Assembly (NCBI GenBank): GCA_963746845.1
Contig: CAVVCZ010000005.1
Span: forward strand, 128,001 to 192,000
Direction: 5' to 3'
Origin: an uncultured Chloroflexia bacterium
Lineage (GTDB): Bacteria; Chloroflexota; Limnocylindria; Limnocylindrales; CSP1-4
Length of the DNA: 64,000 bases
Shown here: positions 39,801 to 48,963 of the stretch, piece after piece
Position numbering within the stretch: the stretch's first letter is position 1
Layout of the letters: every line of letters begins with the position of its first letter
The notes under the pieces: model-generated
Database searches by the model: none
What the model was told of the DNA's origin: nothing
What the model saw: the letters and a program-made list of their open reading frames with translations, nothing else
Made by a program: the position numbers and the translations under genes

Positions 39801-40220
39801 TCAGTGGTGCTGGCTCGAGGACCGCTGGACCATCTGGGCGAGCTGCTCGAGGAGGCTCCAGGCGACCTCGGCATCGCCCTGCACGAAGGCGCGGAAGTCC
39901 CACAGGGTCATGACGTAGGTCGTCAGGTCGGTCTCCGCGGTCACCGTCGCGGTGCGGACGCGGTCGGCGATCAGGGCGACGGCACCGAAATGGCTGCCGG
40001 GACCGAGCTTGGCCACCTCCGCGCCGTCGACCGAGACGGACGCGGTGCCGTCCGCGATGACGAAGAACCCGATCCCGCGATCGTCGCCCTGGCGGACGAC
40101 CACGGCGCCGGCGGGGAAGGTCCGTTCGGAGAAGTCCTTGGCGAGCTTCTCGAGGTGCTTCCGATCGAGGCTCGCGAGCATGGGGACCTGGGCAAGGGCA
40201 TCAACCACGTTCGTCGACAT
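39801..40220 (-). CDS. Stand-alone cyclic nucleotide-binding domain protein
   Basis: FFVIADG, LGPGSHFG..AL....RTATV. Confidence 0.85.
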   Translation of the reverse strand: MSTNVVDALAQVPMLASLDRKHLEKLAKDFSERTFPAGAVVVRQGDDRGIGFFVIADGTASVSVDGAEVAKLGPGSHFGAVALIADRVRTATVTAETDLTTYVMTLWDFRAFVQGDAEVAWSLLEQLAQMVQRSSSQHH

Positions 40221-40303
40221 GCGCGGGATGCTCGGCATCGGGGGCGGGTCTGTCAATGGCGAGTTTCAGCGCCGGCCGCGAATCCGCGCGCGATACTGAG
40301 CAC

Positions 40304-40540
40304 ATGTCCCCGACCGCTGATCCGGTTCCCCACGCCGAGCTGTACGACAACGGCACCATCAAGCTCCGCGGCTCGCACCTGGACGGCGAGATGCACGGCG
40401 ACTGGGAGTTCTTCCGACGGGACGGCTCGCTGATGCGATCAGGCTCGTTCGATCGCGGGCGACAGGTAGGCGTGTGGAAGACGTACGACCGAACCGGGTC
40501 CGTCGTGAAGGCGACCGACTTCGGAGGCGGATCCGGCTAG
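40304..40540 (+). CDS. Small MORN-variant repeat protein
   Basis: YDNG..K.RG...G..HG.W.F...DG repeats. Confidence 0.7.
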   Translation: MSPTADPVPHAELYDNGTIKLRGSHLDGEMHGDWEFFRRDGSLMRSGSFDRGRQVGVWKTYDRTGSVVKATDFGGGSG

Positions 40541-41124
40541 GCCGGGAACGGCTCGCTCGCGAGCCACCGCCCGCCGTCGCCGGGGACGAGAACCCGGTGG
40601 CGGCCGGTGGCGAGGTCCCATTCGTTCCTCGTGAACCGGGTCTGGTCGTCACCCAGGAGGATCAGGACGTGGGCGGGCGTCCCACGTCCGACGAGATGGC
40701 CGTGGTCGTGGACGTCGTCCGGCGGAAGCATCGTCGCGATCTCGGCGCCCGCGAGGGCCCGATCCTCGGCGAGCTCGACGCGGGGCGCCGATCCGTCTTC
40801 GCGAACGACCCGCCAGCGGCGATGCGTCTCGAGGCCGACGATCGGGCTGACCGCGACCCACGTCCCGTGATCGTGGACCGCGCTCATCTGGCCCTCCCGC
40901 CGGTGGACGATCATCAGCCGCGGGCCGCGCTCCGGGGCGTGGATCGGCAGGGCCCCGGCCGTGTCGCCGAGCCGCTCGACCCACGACGACAGGTAGTCGG
41001 TGTCGGCCGCGAAGGCGCCGAGCGCGACCCCGATCGCCTCGAGATCCGGGGTGGCGGACCGCGCCGGCGCGGCGATCCGCTCGAACAGGTTGCGGACGGG
41101 ACCGTCCAGGATCGCGACGGACAT
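40537..41124 (-). CDS. Cysteine dioxygenase-like cupin
   Basis: VHDHGTW...G.E and DVH motifs. Confidence 0.7.
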   Translation of the reverse strand: MSVAILDGPVRNLFERIAAPARSATPDLEAIGVALGAFAADTDYLSSWVERLGDTAGALPIHAPERGPRLMIVHRREGQMSAVHDHGTWVAVSPIVGLETHRRWRVVREDGSAPRVELAEDRALAGAEIATMLPPDDVHDHGHLVGRGTPAHVLILLGDDQTRFTRNEWDLATGRHRVLVPGDGGRWLASEPFPA

Positions 41125-41560
41125 CAGACGCGCTCGACCCAGGCGCTCCGCCACGCGGGCGCCTCGAGCGGTGGGGCGAAGTACCACGTCTCGCGATGGA
41201 TCCTGCCGTCGCGGAGCCCGATGAGGGCGACCGCGAACCACGCGGAGCCATCCGGGTAGGTCGCCGTCCCGTCCGCCCACCACGTGTCGCCGCTCCCGAC
41301 GATCCGCTCGATCGTGAACGACGGCGTCATGACGTAACGATCCTCACTGCCGACGAGTCGAATGTCCCCGGCCTCGGGCAATCCCCCGGGCCAGCTGTCC
41401 ATGATCGCTCCATCGTTCGCATGGCCCCGGACCCGCTCGCCGGACTGCGGCCAGTCCTCGATCCAGTCGGCGTGTCGAAGGGTTCCGACGGTGTCGTAGT
41501 CGTGCGCCGGTGGGCGTCGAGATACCGGCGGAGGATCTCCTCGTTCGAGGGTGTCGTCAT
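41124..41560 (-). pseudogene. SnoaL/NTF2-like protein with a single-base deletion frameshift near 41508 (likely sequencing error)
   Basis: MTTPSNEEILRRYLDAHR joins AHDYD...WPQSGERVRG...DGRIHRETWYF if one G is restored. Confidence 0.7.
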
Positions 41561-41572
41561 GCGCTGCCCTCC

Positions 41573-43117
41573 TCAGGCGCTCCCGATCTCGCGCTTCCGG
41601 CGGGCCACGAAGTCCGCGATGGCCTCGGCCCGGCCGGGCTCCATCGGCGGCGGCTCGAACTCCGCCAGCAGCTGCTTCCAGATCCCGTTGGCCCGGTCGG
41701 TCGCCGTCCGGCGGCCGTCCTCGGCCCACGTCTCGTAGTTCCGCCAGTCCGACAGGATCGGCCGATAGAACGCGGTCTCGAACCGCTCGAGCGTGTGCGC
41801 CGACCCGAAGAAGTGGCCGCCCGGCCCGACCTCGGCGATCGCATCGAGACCGAGCGACGCGTCGTCGACGACGACCGGCTGGAGCACCTCGGACAGCATC
41901 TGGAGGATCTCCACGTCGACGATCAGCTTCTCGTACGACGCCGTCAACCCGCCCTCGAGCCAGCCTGCGCCCTGGTAGAGCAGGTTGACGCCGCCCATCA
42001 CCGCGCCCCAGACGGCCATCTCGGACTCGTACGCCGCCTGGGCGTCGACGACGACCGAGGCGGTCGCGTTCGACGACCGCCACGGCAGCCGATACCGCCG
42101 GGCCATCTGGCCCGACGCGATCGCGCCCTTGACGTACTCGGGCGTCCCGAACGCCGGCGACCCGGTCCGCATGTCGACGTTCGAGGTGAACGCGCCGTAG
42201 ACGACCGGCGCGCCGGGCCGGATGAGCTGGGTGAGGGCGACGCAGAAGAGCGCCTCCGCGTTCTGCTGGGCGATCGCCGCTGCAAGCGTGACGGGCGTCA
42301 TCGCCCCGGCGAGGGTGAACGGTGTCGCGACGACGGCCTGACCCGCCTCGGCCATCGCGATCAGGCCGTCGCTCATGGGGCCGTCGAGCCGCAACGGCGA
42401 GTTCGTGTTGATGATCGTGATCAGGGACGGCTCGCGGACGAGTGCCTCCGGCGAGACGCCGCGGGCAACACCCGCGATCTCCAGCGCGTCCTCCACGACG
42501 GTCGACCCGAACCCGAGGCAGTGCCACGTCTTGTCGAGCGTCGTGGCAAGGCAGGCGTACATGTCGAGGTGGCGCGTCTCGACCGGCAGGTCCGTCGGCT
42601 CCAGCGGGCCGCCCGCCTCCTGGTGGATGACGTTCAAGGCAGAGATCAGGGCCACGTAGTCCTGGAAATCTGCCCAGTTGCCGGGCCGTCGGCCGCGGTC
42701 GAGGTCCGTCACGAACGCCGGCCCGCCGACCGACGAGAACACGAGGTGCCGCCCGCCGAGCACGACGTCGCGGTCCGGGTTGCGGGCATGGAGGGTGAAC
42801 TCGGCAGGCGCGGTCGCGATCGTCTCCTCGACCATGCCCGGGTCCAGCCGGACGCGCCGCGCATCCCGGTCGATGTCCGCGCCCGCCGCCGCCAGCCGGT
42901 CGATCGCCCGAGCGCCGAGGACCTCCACGCCGACCTCGGACAGGATCCGCAGCGACGCCCGGTGGATCTCCTCCACGTGGTCAGCCGACAGCACCTCGAG
43001 GGGCGTGAACGGGTTCGTCAGCGTCCGGAACGGCAGCTGCGGGATCCCGCCGCCCGCGCGTCGCTCGCGCCGCCGGTGCGCGACGGGCTCGACCGACTTG
43101 ACCGGCTCGACGGTCAC
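41573..43117 (-). CDS. Second MttB-family methyltransferase (glycine betaine MtgB-like), non-pyrrolysine
   Basis: NTNSPLRLD, TPFTLAGAMTPVT, SNVDMRTGSPAFGTPE, DAQAAYE, AGWLEGGL. Confidence 0.92.
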   Translation of the reverse strand: MTVEPVKSVEPVAHRRRERRAGGGIPQLPFRTLTNPFTPLEVLSADHVEEIHRASLRILSEVGVEVLGARAIDRLAAAGADIDRDARRVRLDPGMVEETIATAPAEFTLHARNPDRDVVLGGRHLVFSSVGGPAFVTDLDRGRRPGNWADFQDYVALISALNVIHQEAGGPLEPTDLPVETRHLDMYACLATTLDKTWHCLGFGSTVVEDALEIAGVARGVSPEALVREPSLITIINTNSPLRLDGPMSDGLIAMAEAGQAVVATPFTLAGAMTPVTLAAAIAQQNAEALFCVALTQLIRPGAPVVYGAFTSNVDMRTGSPAFGTPEYVKGAIASGQMARRYRLPWRSSNATASVVVDAQAAYESEMAVWGAVMGGVNLLYQGAGWLEGGLTASYEKLIVDVEILQMLSEVLQPVVVDDASLGLDAIAEVGPGGHFFGSAHTLERFETAFYRPILSDWRNYETWAEDGRRTATDRANGIWKQLLAEFEPPPMEPGRAEAIADFVARRKREIGSA

Positions 43118-43863
43118 ACCTCCCACCGGTCCTCGGTCCCGGGCGTCGGGAACATCGGCTTCGTCAGGCGTTGCCCTGCACGGATGCTCCGACCCGCGAT
43201 CGCGAGCTGGCCGAGGACGGCCAGGATGGCGATGAGGACCGCGACCAGCACCGTCGCGACCGCGCCGGTCCCGACGAACCGGACGAGGATCAGCGCGACG
43301 ATCGCGCCCGCGACCAGCCCGTTCAGGGTCACGATCACCGCGGGGGTCGCCGCGATCAGGTGGAGGATCGGATGGAGGTTCGGCGGGACGGCCATCGTGA
43401 TGCTGATCCCGGCCGGATCGTCGTGGGTGCCCATCACGAAGTACGGCTCGAGGTCCGGGGCGATCTCGAGGTACGCGCCGCGGATCCGGTTCATCCCGTA
43501 GATCGTCATCGCGTCGTGGAAGTTCGTCGCGCCCATCCGGATGAAGGTCGCGAACCCGATGAACAGCTCGGCCGGCAGGATCACGAGGGCGAAGACGTAG
43601 AACGCGTCACCGAACCCGGCGATCCCGCCGATCAGCCCGAGGGCGACCAACGCTCCGGACAGGGTCGTCAGGTACATGCCGGCGCGCGTGAAGCTCTCGT
43701 TCCACGCCAGGCTCCGGGAGGCCAGCAGCGACCAGTGCTCGGTGGTGAGGATCTGCAGCCGGATCTGGACCGGTGTCGGACCGTCGGCGCCCGCGACGTC
43801 GATCCGGGCCGACGCCGGCGGCGCCGGCTCGGCGGGCCCGCCGGATGAGCGCTCGAAGGTCAT
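43114..43863 (-). CDS. Hypothetical membrane protein
   Basis: LTTEHWSLLASRS...; 4 TM segments; translationally coupled on both sides. Confidence 0.75.
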   Translation of the reverse strand: MTFERSSGGPAEPAPPASARIDVAGADGPTPVQIRLQILTTEHWSLLASRSLAWNESFTRAGMYLTTLSGALVALGLIGGIAGFGDAFYVFALVILPAELFIGFATFIRMGATNFHDAMTIYGMNRIRGAYLEIAPDLEPYFVMGTHDDPAGISITMAVPPNLHPILHLIAATPAVIVTLNGLVAGAIVALILVRFVGTGAVATVLVAVLIAILAVLGQLAIAGRSIRAGQRLTKPMFPTPGTEDRWEV

Positions 43864-44912
43864 GCTGCGTCCTCCGCTGCGGCGACCAGCCGCTCTGCCG
43901 CTTCGGCGACCTGGTCGCGGGACACGTCCAGATGGGTGACGGCGCGGATCGTCCGCGCGGTGAAGGCGACGACGAGGACCCCGGCGTCGTGCGCCCGGGC
44001 GACGAGCGTCGGCGCGTCAGGGGCGCCGTCGGCCGTCCGGAAGAGCACGATGTTCGACTGGACGGCACCCGGGTCGAGGTCGATCCCGGGCGATGCCGCC
44101 AGGCGATCCGCGAGGAGCCGGGCGTTCGCGTGGTCCTCGACCAGCCGGTCGAGATGGTGGTCCAGCGCGTAGTCGGCGGCGGCGGCGAAGATCCCCGCCT
44201 GGCGCATCGCCCCGCCCGCCATCCGGCGGTAGCGGACGGTGGCGTCGATCACGGTCCGCGACCCGGCGAGCATCGAGCCGCCCGGCGCGCCGAGGCCCTT
44301 GGAGAACGCCACACTGACGATGTCGAACGGCCGGGCGAGCGCCGCGATGTCCACGCCCAGCGCGGCGGCGGCGTTCCAGAGACGTGCTCCGTCGAGGAAG
44401 AGGGCGATGTCGTGCGCCCGGGCCACGTCCACGACGGCCCACTGCTCCGCGACAGACCAGACCACCCCACCCGCCCGGTTGTGCGTGTTCTCGACGTCGA
44501 CGACCGTCGTCGGCGGCTGGAGCATGTGCCCGCGCGGCTTGCCCGCCGAGAGCACGTCGTCCGCGGTGAAGCGCCCGCGGCCGGCGCCGATCTCGGTCAG
44601 CTGCACGCCGCTCGTCGCCGCCGCTCCGCCGGTCTCGTGCCAGAGGACGTGCGCCTCGCGTGGCACGAGGACCTCGTCGCCCGGCCGCGTCAGCGTGCGG
44701 ATCGCGACCTGGTTGGCCATCGTCCCGGTCGGGAACCAGAGCGCGGCCTCGTGGCCGAGCATCGCCGCGACCCGCTCCTGGAGCCGGTTGATCGACGGGT
44801 CCTCGCCGAACTGGTCGTCGCCGACCTCGGCGCGGGCCATCGCCTCGCGCATCCCCGGCGTGGGCCGGGTGACGGTATCGGAGCGCAGGTCGATGAACGG
44901 CTCGGCGGTCAC
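43860..44912 (-). CDS. ltaE: Low-specificity L-threonine aldolase
   Basis: [31 protein letters not shown]. Confidence 0.92.
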   Translation of the reverse strand: MTAEPFIDLRSDTVTRPTPGMREAMARAEVGDDQFGEDPSINRLQERVAAMLGHEAALWFPTGTMANQVAIRTLTRPGDEVLVPREAHVLWHETGGAAATSGVQLTEIGAGRGRFTADDVLSAGKPRGHMLQPPTTVVDVENTHNRAGGVVWSVAEQWAVVDVARAHDIALFLDGARLWNAAAALGVDIAALARPFDIVSVAFSKGLGAPGGSMLAGSRTVIDATVRYRRMAGGAMRQAGIFAAAADYALDHHLDRLVEDHANARLLADRLAASPGIDLDPGAVQSNIVLFRTADGAPDAPTLVARAHDAGVLVVAFTARTIRAVTHLDVSRDQVAEAAERLVAAAEDAA

Positions 44913-44956
44913 GGCCGAAGCGTACGACGCCGGAGGGTTGGCGTAGGCTCTGTCCG

Positions 44957-46969
44957 ATGTCCCTCTACCACCCGATCTTCGGTCGCGACGTGCCCGATGC
45001 GGCCTGGCGCCCGACGCCCGAGCTGCTCCGCGATTCGCGGCTGGCCGGGTTCCTCCGGGCCACCGGCGAGCCGGATCTCGAGGCGCTCCAGGCGCGCGCG
45101 GTCGCCGACCCAGGCTGGTTCTGGGGCGCGGCGGCCGACGACCTGGGGGTCGCCTGGGCGCGACGCCCGGCGCAGGTCATGGACGGCGGCGGCGGACCCG
45201 AGTGGACGCGTTGGTGGCGGGGCGGAGCGTTCAACCACGCCGAGGCGTCGACCGCGCCACGCGCCGCTCGCGACCCGTCCGGCGAGGCCGTCGCCTGGGA
45301 GGGCGAGGATGGGGAGTTCCGGCGGCTGACGAACGCGGCGCTGCTCGACCACGTCACGGTTGCGGCGCGGATGTTCCGGATGGCGGGCGTCCGTCCCGGG
45401 GATCGCGTCGGGATCTTCCTGCCGATGCTCGTCGAGACGGTCATCGCGACGCTGGCCCTCGGCCGGATCGGCGCGATCTTCACGCCGATCTTCTCCGGCT
45501 ACGGCGCCCCGGCCGTCGCGGCCCGCCTGCGGGATTGCGAGGCGACCGTCCTCGTGACCGCGGACGGCTTCTTCCGGCGCGGCGCGATCGTGCCGATGAA
45601 GACCGTCGCCGACGAGGCAGTGGCTCTCGCGCCGTCGGTCGGCCGGGTGATCGTCGTGCGTCGGCTCGGGGTCCGGGCACCGGCGCCACCGTGGAACCCC
45701 GGCCGCGACCGCTGGTGGGACGAGTCGGCGGACGCGGCGCGCGCGGCCATGCGCGAGGAGGGCGAGCCGGACATCGCCGCGGTCGCGGACCCCGAGACGC
45801 CGTACATGCTGATCTACACCTCGGGCACGACCGGGAAGCCGAAGGGCGCCGTCCACGTCCACGGCGGATTCCCGATCAAAGCTGCCCAGGACCTCGCCCA
45901 CACGTTCGACCTGCGCGCCGGCGACGCCCTGTTCTGGTTCACGGATCTCGGCTGGATGATGGGGCCCTGGGCGATCTCCGGATCGCTCCTGCTCGGGGCC
46001 CGTCTCGTCCTCTACGAGGGCGCGCCGGACCATCCGGGGCCCGATCGGCTGTGGGATCTCGTGGCGCGTCACCGGGTGACCCACCTCGGTCTCAGCCCGA
46101 CGGTCGTCCGGGCGTTGATCCCGCACGGCGTGGAGCCGGTCCGCGCCCACGACCTGCGATGGCTCCGGGTGCTCGGTTCGACCGGCGAGCCGTGGGATCC
46201 GGACAGCTGGTGGTGGTACTTCCGCGAGGTCGGTGGCGGGCGCTGCCCCGTCGTGAACTACTCCGGCGGGACGGAGGTCGCCGGGGGCATCGTCGGCTGC
46301 AACCTCCTGACGCCGATCAAGCCGGCCTCGTTCAACGGACCGTGCCCGGGCACCGCGGCCGACGTGGTCGACCCCGACGGGCGATCCCTTCGCGGCGCTG
46401 TCGGGGAGCTCGTCATCCGGGCGCCGGAGCCGGGGATGACTCGCGGCTTCTGGCGCGACCCGGATCGCTACGTCGAGACGTACTGGAGCCGGTTCCCCGG
46501 CACGTGGGTCCACGGCGACTGGGCGATCGTCGACGACGATGGCTACTGGTACATCCGGGGCCGGTCAGACGACACGCTGAAGGTTGCGGGCAAGCGCGTC
46601 GGGCCGGCGGAGGTCGAGGCCGCGGCCACGGCCCACCCGGCGGTCGTCGAGGCCGCGGCGATCGGCGTCCCGCACAAGATCAAGGGCGAGACGATCGTCG
46701 TCGTCTGCACGATCCGGCGCGGCGAGACGGACGACGACGAGCTCCGGGCGGCGATCGCCCGGCGGGTCGTCGAGGACCTCGGCAAGACGCTCAAGCCGGA
46801 GGCGGTCGCCGTGGTGCCCGCGCTCCCGAAGACGCGGTCGGGCAAGATCATGCGACGCGTGGTCCGGGCCGCCTGGCTCGGCCTGGATCCCGGCGACCTC
46901 TCGGCGCTGGATGATCCGACGACGATCGACGCGATCCGCCGGGCCGGCCCGATCGGCGTCGGCGGCTGA
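44957..46969 (+). CDS. Acetyl-CoA synthetase-like AMP-forming ligase
   Basis: YTSGTTGKPKG, STGEPW, HGD, GRSDD, PKTRSGKIMRR. Confidence 0.9.
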   Translation: MSLYHPIFGRDVPDAAWRPTPELLRDSRLAGFLRATGEPDLEALQARAVADPGWFWGAAADDLGVAWARRPAQVMDGGGGPEWTRWWRGGAFNHAEASTAPRAARDPSGEAVAWEGEDGEFRRLTNAALLDHVTVAARMFRMAGVRPGDRVGIFLPMLVETVIATLALGRIGAIFTPIFSGYGAPAVAARLRDCEATVLVTADGFFRRGAIVPMKTVADEAVALAPSVGRVIVVRRLGVRAPAPPWNPGRDRWWDESADAARAAMREEGEPDIAAVADPETPYMLIYTSGTTGKPKGAVHVHGGFPIKAAQDLAHTFDLRAGDALFWFTDLGWMMGPWAISGSLLLGARLVLYEGAPDHPGPDRLWDLVARHRVTHLGLSPTVVRALIPHGVEPVRAHDLRWLRVLGSTGEPWDPDSWWWYFREVGGGRCPVVNYSGGTEVAGGIVGCNLLTPIKPASFNGPCPGTAADVVDPDGRSLRGAVGELVIRAPEPGMTRGFWRDPDRYVETYWSRFPGTWVHGDWAIVDDDGYWYIRGRSDDTLKVAGKRVGPAEVEAAATAHPAVVEAAAIGVPHKIKGETIVVVCTIRRGETDDDELRAAIARRVVEDLGKTLKPEAVAVVPALPKTRSGKIMRRVVRAAWLGLDPGDLSALDDPTTIDAIRRAGPIGVGG

Positions 46970-47000
46970 CGGGGCACGAGCGAGGAGGACGGATCGACCG

Positions 47001-47465
47001 ATGAGCGTTGCGATCGACAAGGACATCGTCACGTGGGACGCCCTCGCCGACATGGTCGCCGACCTCGCGGCGCGCGTCCCCAAGGACTACGACGTCATGC
47101 TCGCGATCACCCGGGGCGGGCTCGTCCCCGCCGGCATGCTCGCGTACCGGCTGGGGATCCGGAACATCCTCGTGGCCGCCGTCGAGTACTACGACGACGA
47201 GGGCCACCCGGGCCCGAAGCCGACGTTCCTCCAGTTCCCGGCCGATCCCCTCCTCCGCGGCCAGCGGGTCCTGATCGTCGACGAGGTCTGGGACAGCGGG
47301 ACGACGATCCATGCGGTCACCGAGCGGGTGCGTCAGGCCGGCGGCCTGCCGACCACGGCCGTGCTCCACTACAAGCCGACCCACTCCCAGGTCCCGGGCG
47401 CCCCGGACTTCCACGTCGTGACGACCGATCGCTGGGTCGTCTACCCGTTCAAGGCAGGCAACTGA
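47001..47465 (+). CDS. Phosphoribosyltransferase (Gpt/Hpt-like)
   Basis: ITRGGLVP, IVDEVWDSGTT, WVVYP; GAGGAGG RBS. Confidence 0.85.
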   Translation: MSVAIDKDIVTWDALADMVADLAARVPKDYDVMLAITRGGLVPAGMLAYRLGIRNILVAAVEYYDDEGHPGPKPTFLQFPADPLLRGQRVLIVDEVWDSGTTIHAVTERVRQAGGLPTTAVLHYKPTHSQVPGAPDFHVVTTDRWVVYPFKAGN

Positions 47466-47571
47466 CGGGCACCTGACGGGGCGGAATCTGACCTCGACCC
47501 CAGCTTGTCGATGAGAAACCCTGCGGATCGTCGTCTGGAAGGTGGACACTTCAGGAGCGCTGGAGGGACTC

Positions 47572-48648
47572 ATGACCCGAACGATGATCCTCGTCGGCAC
47601 CCGCAAGGGCGCCTTCATCCTCGACGGCGGGCGCGACCGCGCCGGCTGGTCCGTCGCCGGGCCGCTGTGCGAGGGCTGGCCGATCCACGACCTGCAGTGG
47701 GACCCCGCGACCGGCTCGATCTACGCCGGCGGCGGCTCCGAGTGGTATGGGCCCGCGGTCTTCCGATCCGATGACCTGGGGGCGACCTGGACCCATTCGT
47801 CCGAGGGGATGACGTACGGCGATGACGGCCCGTCCATCCCGACGGTCTGGAACGTCACGCCTGCCCACGGCTCGATCTTCGCGGGCGTCGAGCCCGCGGG
47901 CCTGTTCCGGAGCGATGACGGCGGCGCGACCTGGTCGCACGTGTCGGCCCTGCGCGACCATCCGAGCCGCGAGAAGCCGGGCTGGTCGCCCGGCGCGGGT
48001 GGCCTGATCTGCCACACGATCGTTCCGCACCCGACGGACGCCGCGAGGATGTGGATCGCGATCAGCGCCGTCGGGACGTTCGCCACCGAGGACGGCGGGG
48101 CGAGCTGGGAGGCTCGCAACCACGGCGTCGTGGCGTGCTTCCAGCCGGACCCCCATCCGGAGACCGGGCAGTGCGTCCACAAGCTGGTGATGGCGTCCGG
48201 CGAGCCGGACAGCCTCTACCAGCAGAACCACTGCGGCGTCTATCGGTCGGGCGACGCCGGGCGGTCGTGGACGGACATCAGCCGCGGACTGTCGTCGGAG
48301 TTCGGGTTCGTCATGGGCACCCATCCGCGCGATGCCGCGACCGCCTGGGTGATCCCGCTGAGCCATCCGGAGGAGGGTCGGTTCGCGCCGGGCGGTGCGC
48401 TCGCGGTGTGGCGGACGCAGGACCGCGGCGACAGCTGGGAGCGCCAGTCGGCCGGCCTGCCCCAGGACAACGCCTACGTCGCCGTCCTGCGCGAGGCGCT
48501 CTCGGTGGACCGCGGCGACCCCGCGGGGATCTACTTCGGAACGAGCACCGGCCAGCTCTACGCCTCGGTCGACGAGGGTGGCTCGTGGCGACGGATCGCC
48601 GACAACCTGCCGGCGATCTGGGGCGTCCAGGCGATCGAGGTCGACTGA
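47572..48648 (+). CDS. BNR/Asp-box repeat beta-propeller (sialidase-like) protein
   Basis: Multiple S/T-x-D-x-G-x-T/S-W repeats; QQNHCGVYRS. Confidence 0.85.
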   Translation: MTRTMILVGTRKGAFILDGGRDRAGWSVAGPLCEGWPIHDLQWDPATGSIYAGGGSEWYGPAVFRSDDLGATWTHSSEGMTYGDDGPSIPTVWNVTPAHGSIFAGVEPAGLFRSDDGGATWSHVSALRDHPSREKPGWSPGAGGLICHTIVPHPTDAARMWIAISAVGTFATEDGGASWEARNHGVVACFQPDPHPETGQCVHKLVMASGEPDSLYQQNHCGVYRSGDAGRSWTDISRGLSSEFGFVMGTHPRDAATAWVIPLSHPEEGRFAPGGALAVWRTQDRGDSWERQSAGLPQDNAYVAVLREALSVDRGDPAGIYFGTSTGQLYASVDEGGSWRRIADNLPAIWGVQAIEVD

Positions 48649-48657
48649 GGGCGGGCC

Positions 48658-48924
48658 GTGGCCGTGACCGTGATCCTGCCGCGCTCGCTCGTCTCGCTGA
48701 TCCCGGGCACCCGCCGCTCCACGGAGATCGAGGCGCGGAACGTGGCCGAGGCGATCGACCGGCTCGACGAGCTGACGCCGGGTCTCCGCAACCGCCTCGT
48801 CGACAGCGGGCCGACGATCCGCCGGCACATCAACGTCTTCGTCGACGGCGAGATGGCCGCGCTCGACACGGCCGTCCCCCCGAACGCGACGATCCACGTG
48901 ATCCCGGCTGTCTCCGGCGGCTGA
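48658..48924 (+). CDS. MoaD/ThiS ubiquitin-like sulfur carrier
   Basis: INVFVDG...IPAVSGG C-terminal GG. Confidence 0.88.
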   Translation: MAVTVILPRSLVSLIPGTRRSTEIEARNVAEAIDRLDELTPGLRNRLVDSGPTIRRHINVFVDGEMAALDTAVPPNATIHVIPAVSGG

Positions 48925-48963
48925 CGGCCACCGGCGCGACGGACGCGCCCGACGTGTCGGGCG

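Noticed and set aside
35021-43117. Pyrrolysine recoding in the MttB genes
   Set aside because: Both ORFs are uninterrupted with no in-frame TAG, and no pyl genes are present.
47462-47536. Repeated ctgac units and GAAACC...CGTCT upstream of the BNR gene as an ECF promoter
   Set aside because: The spacing is too short for an ECF promoter and the repeats are too short to be significant.
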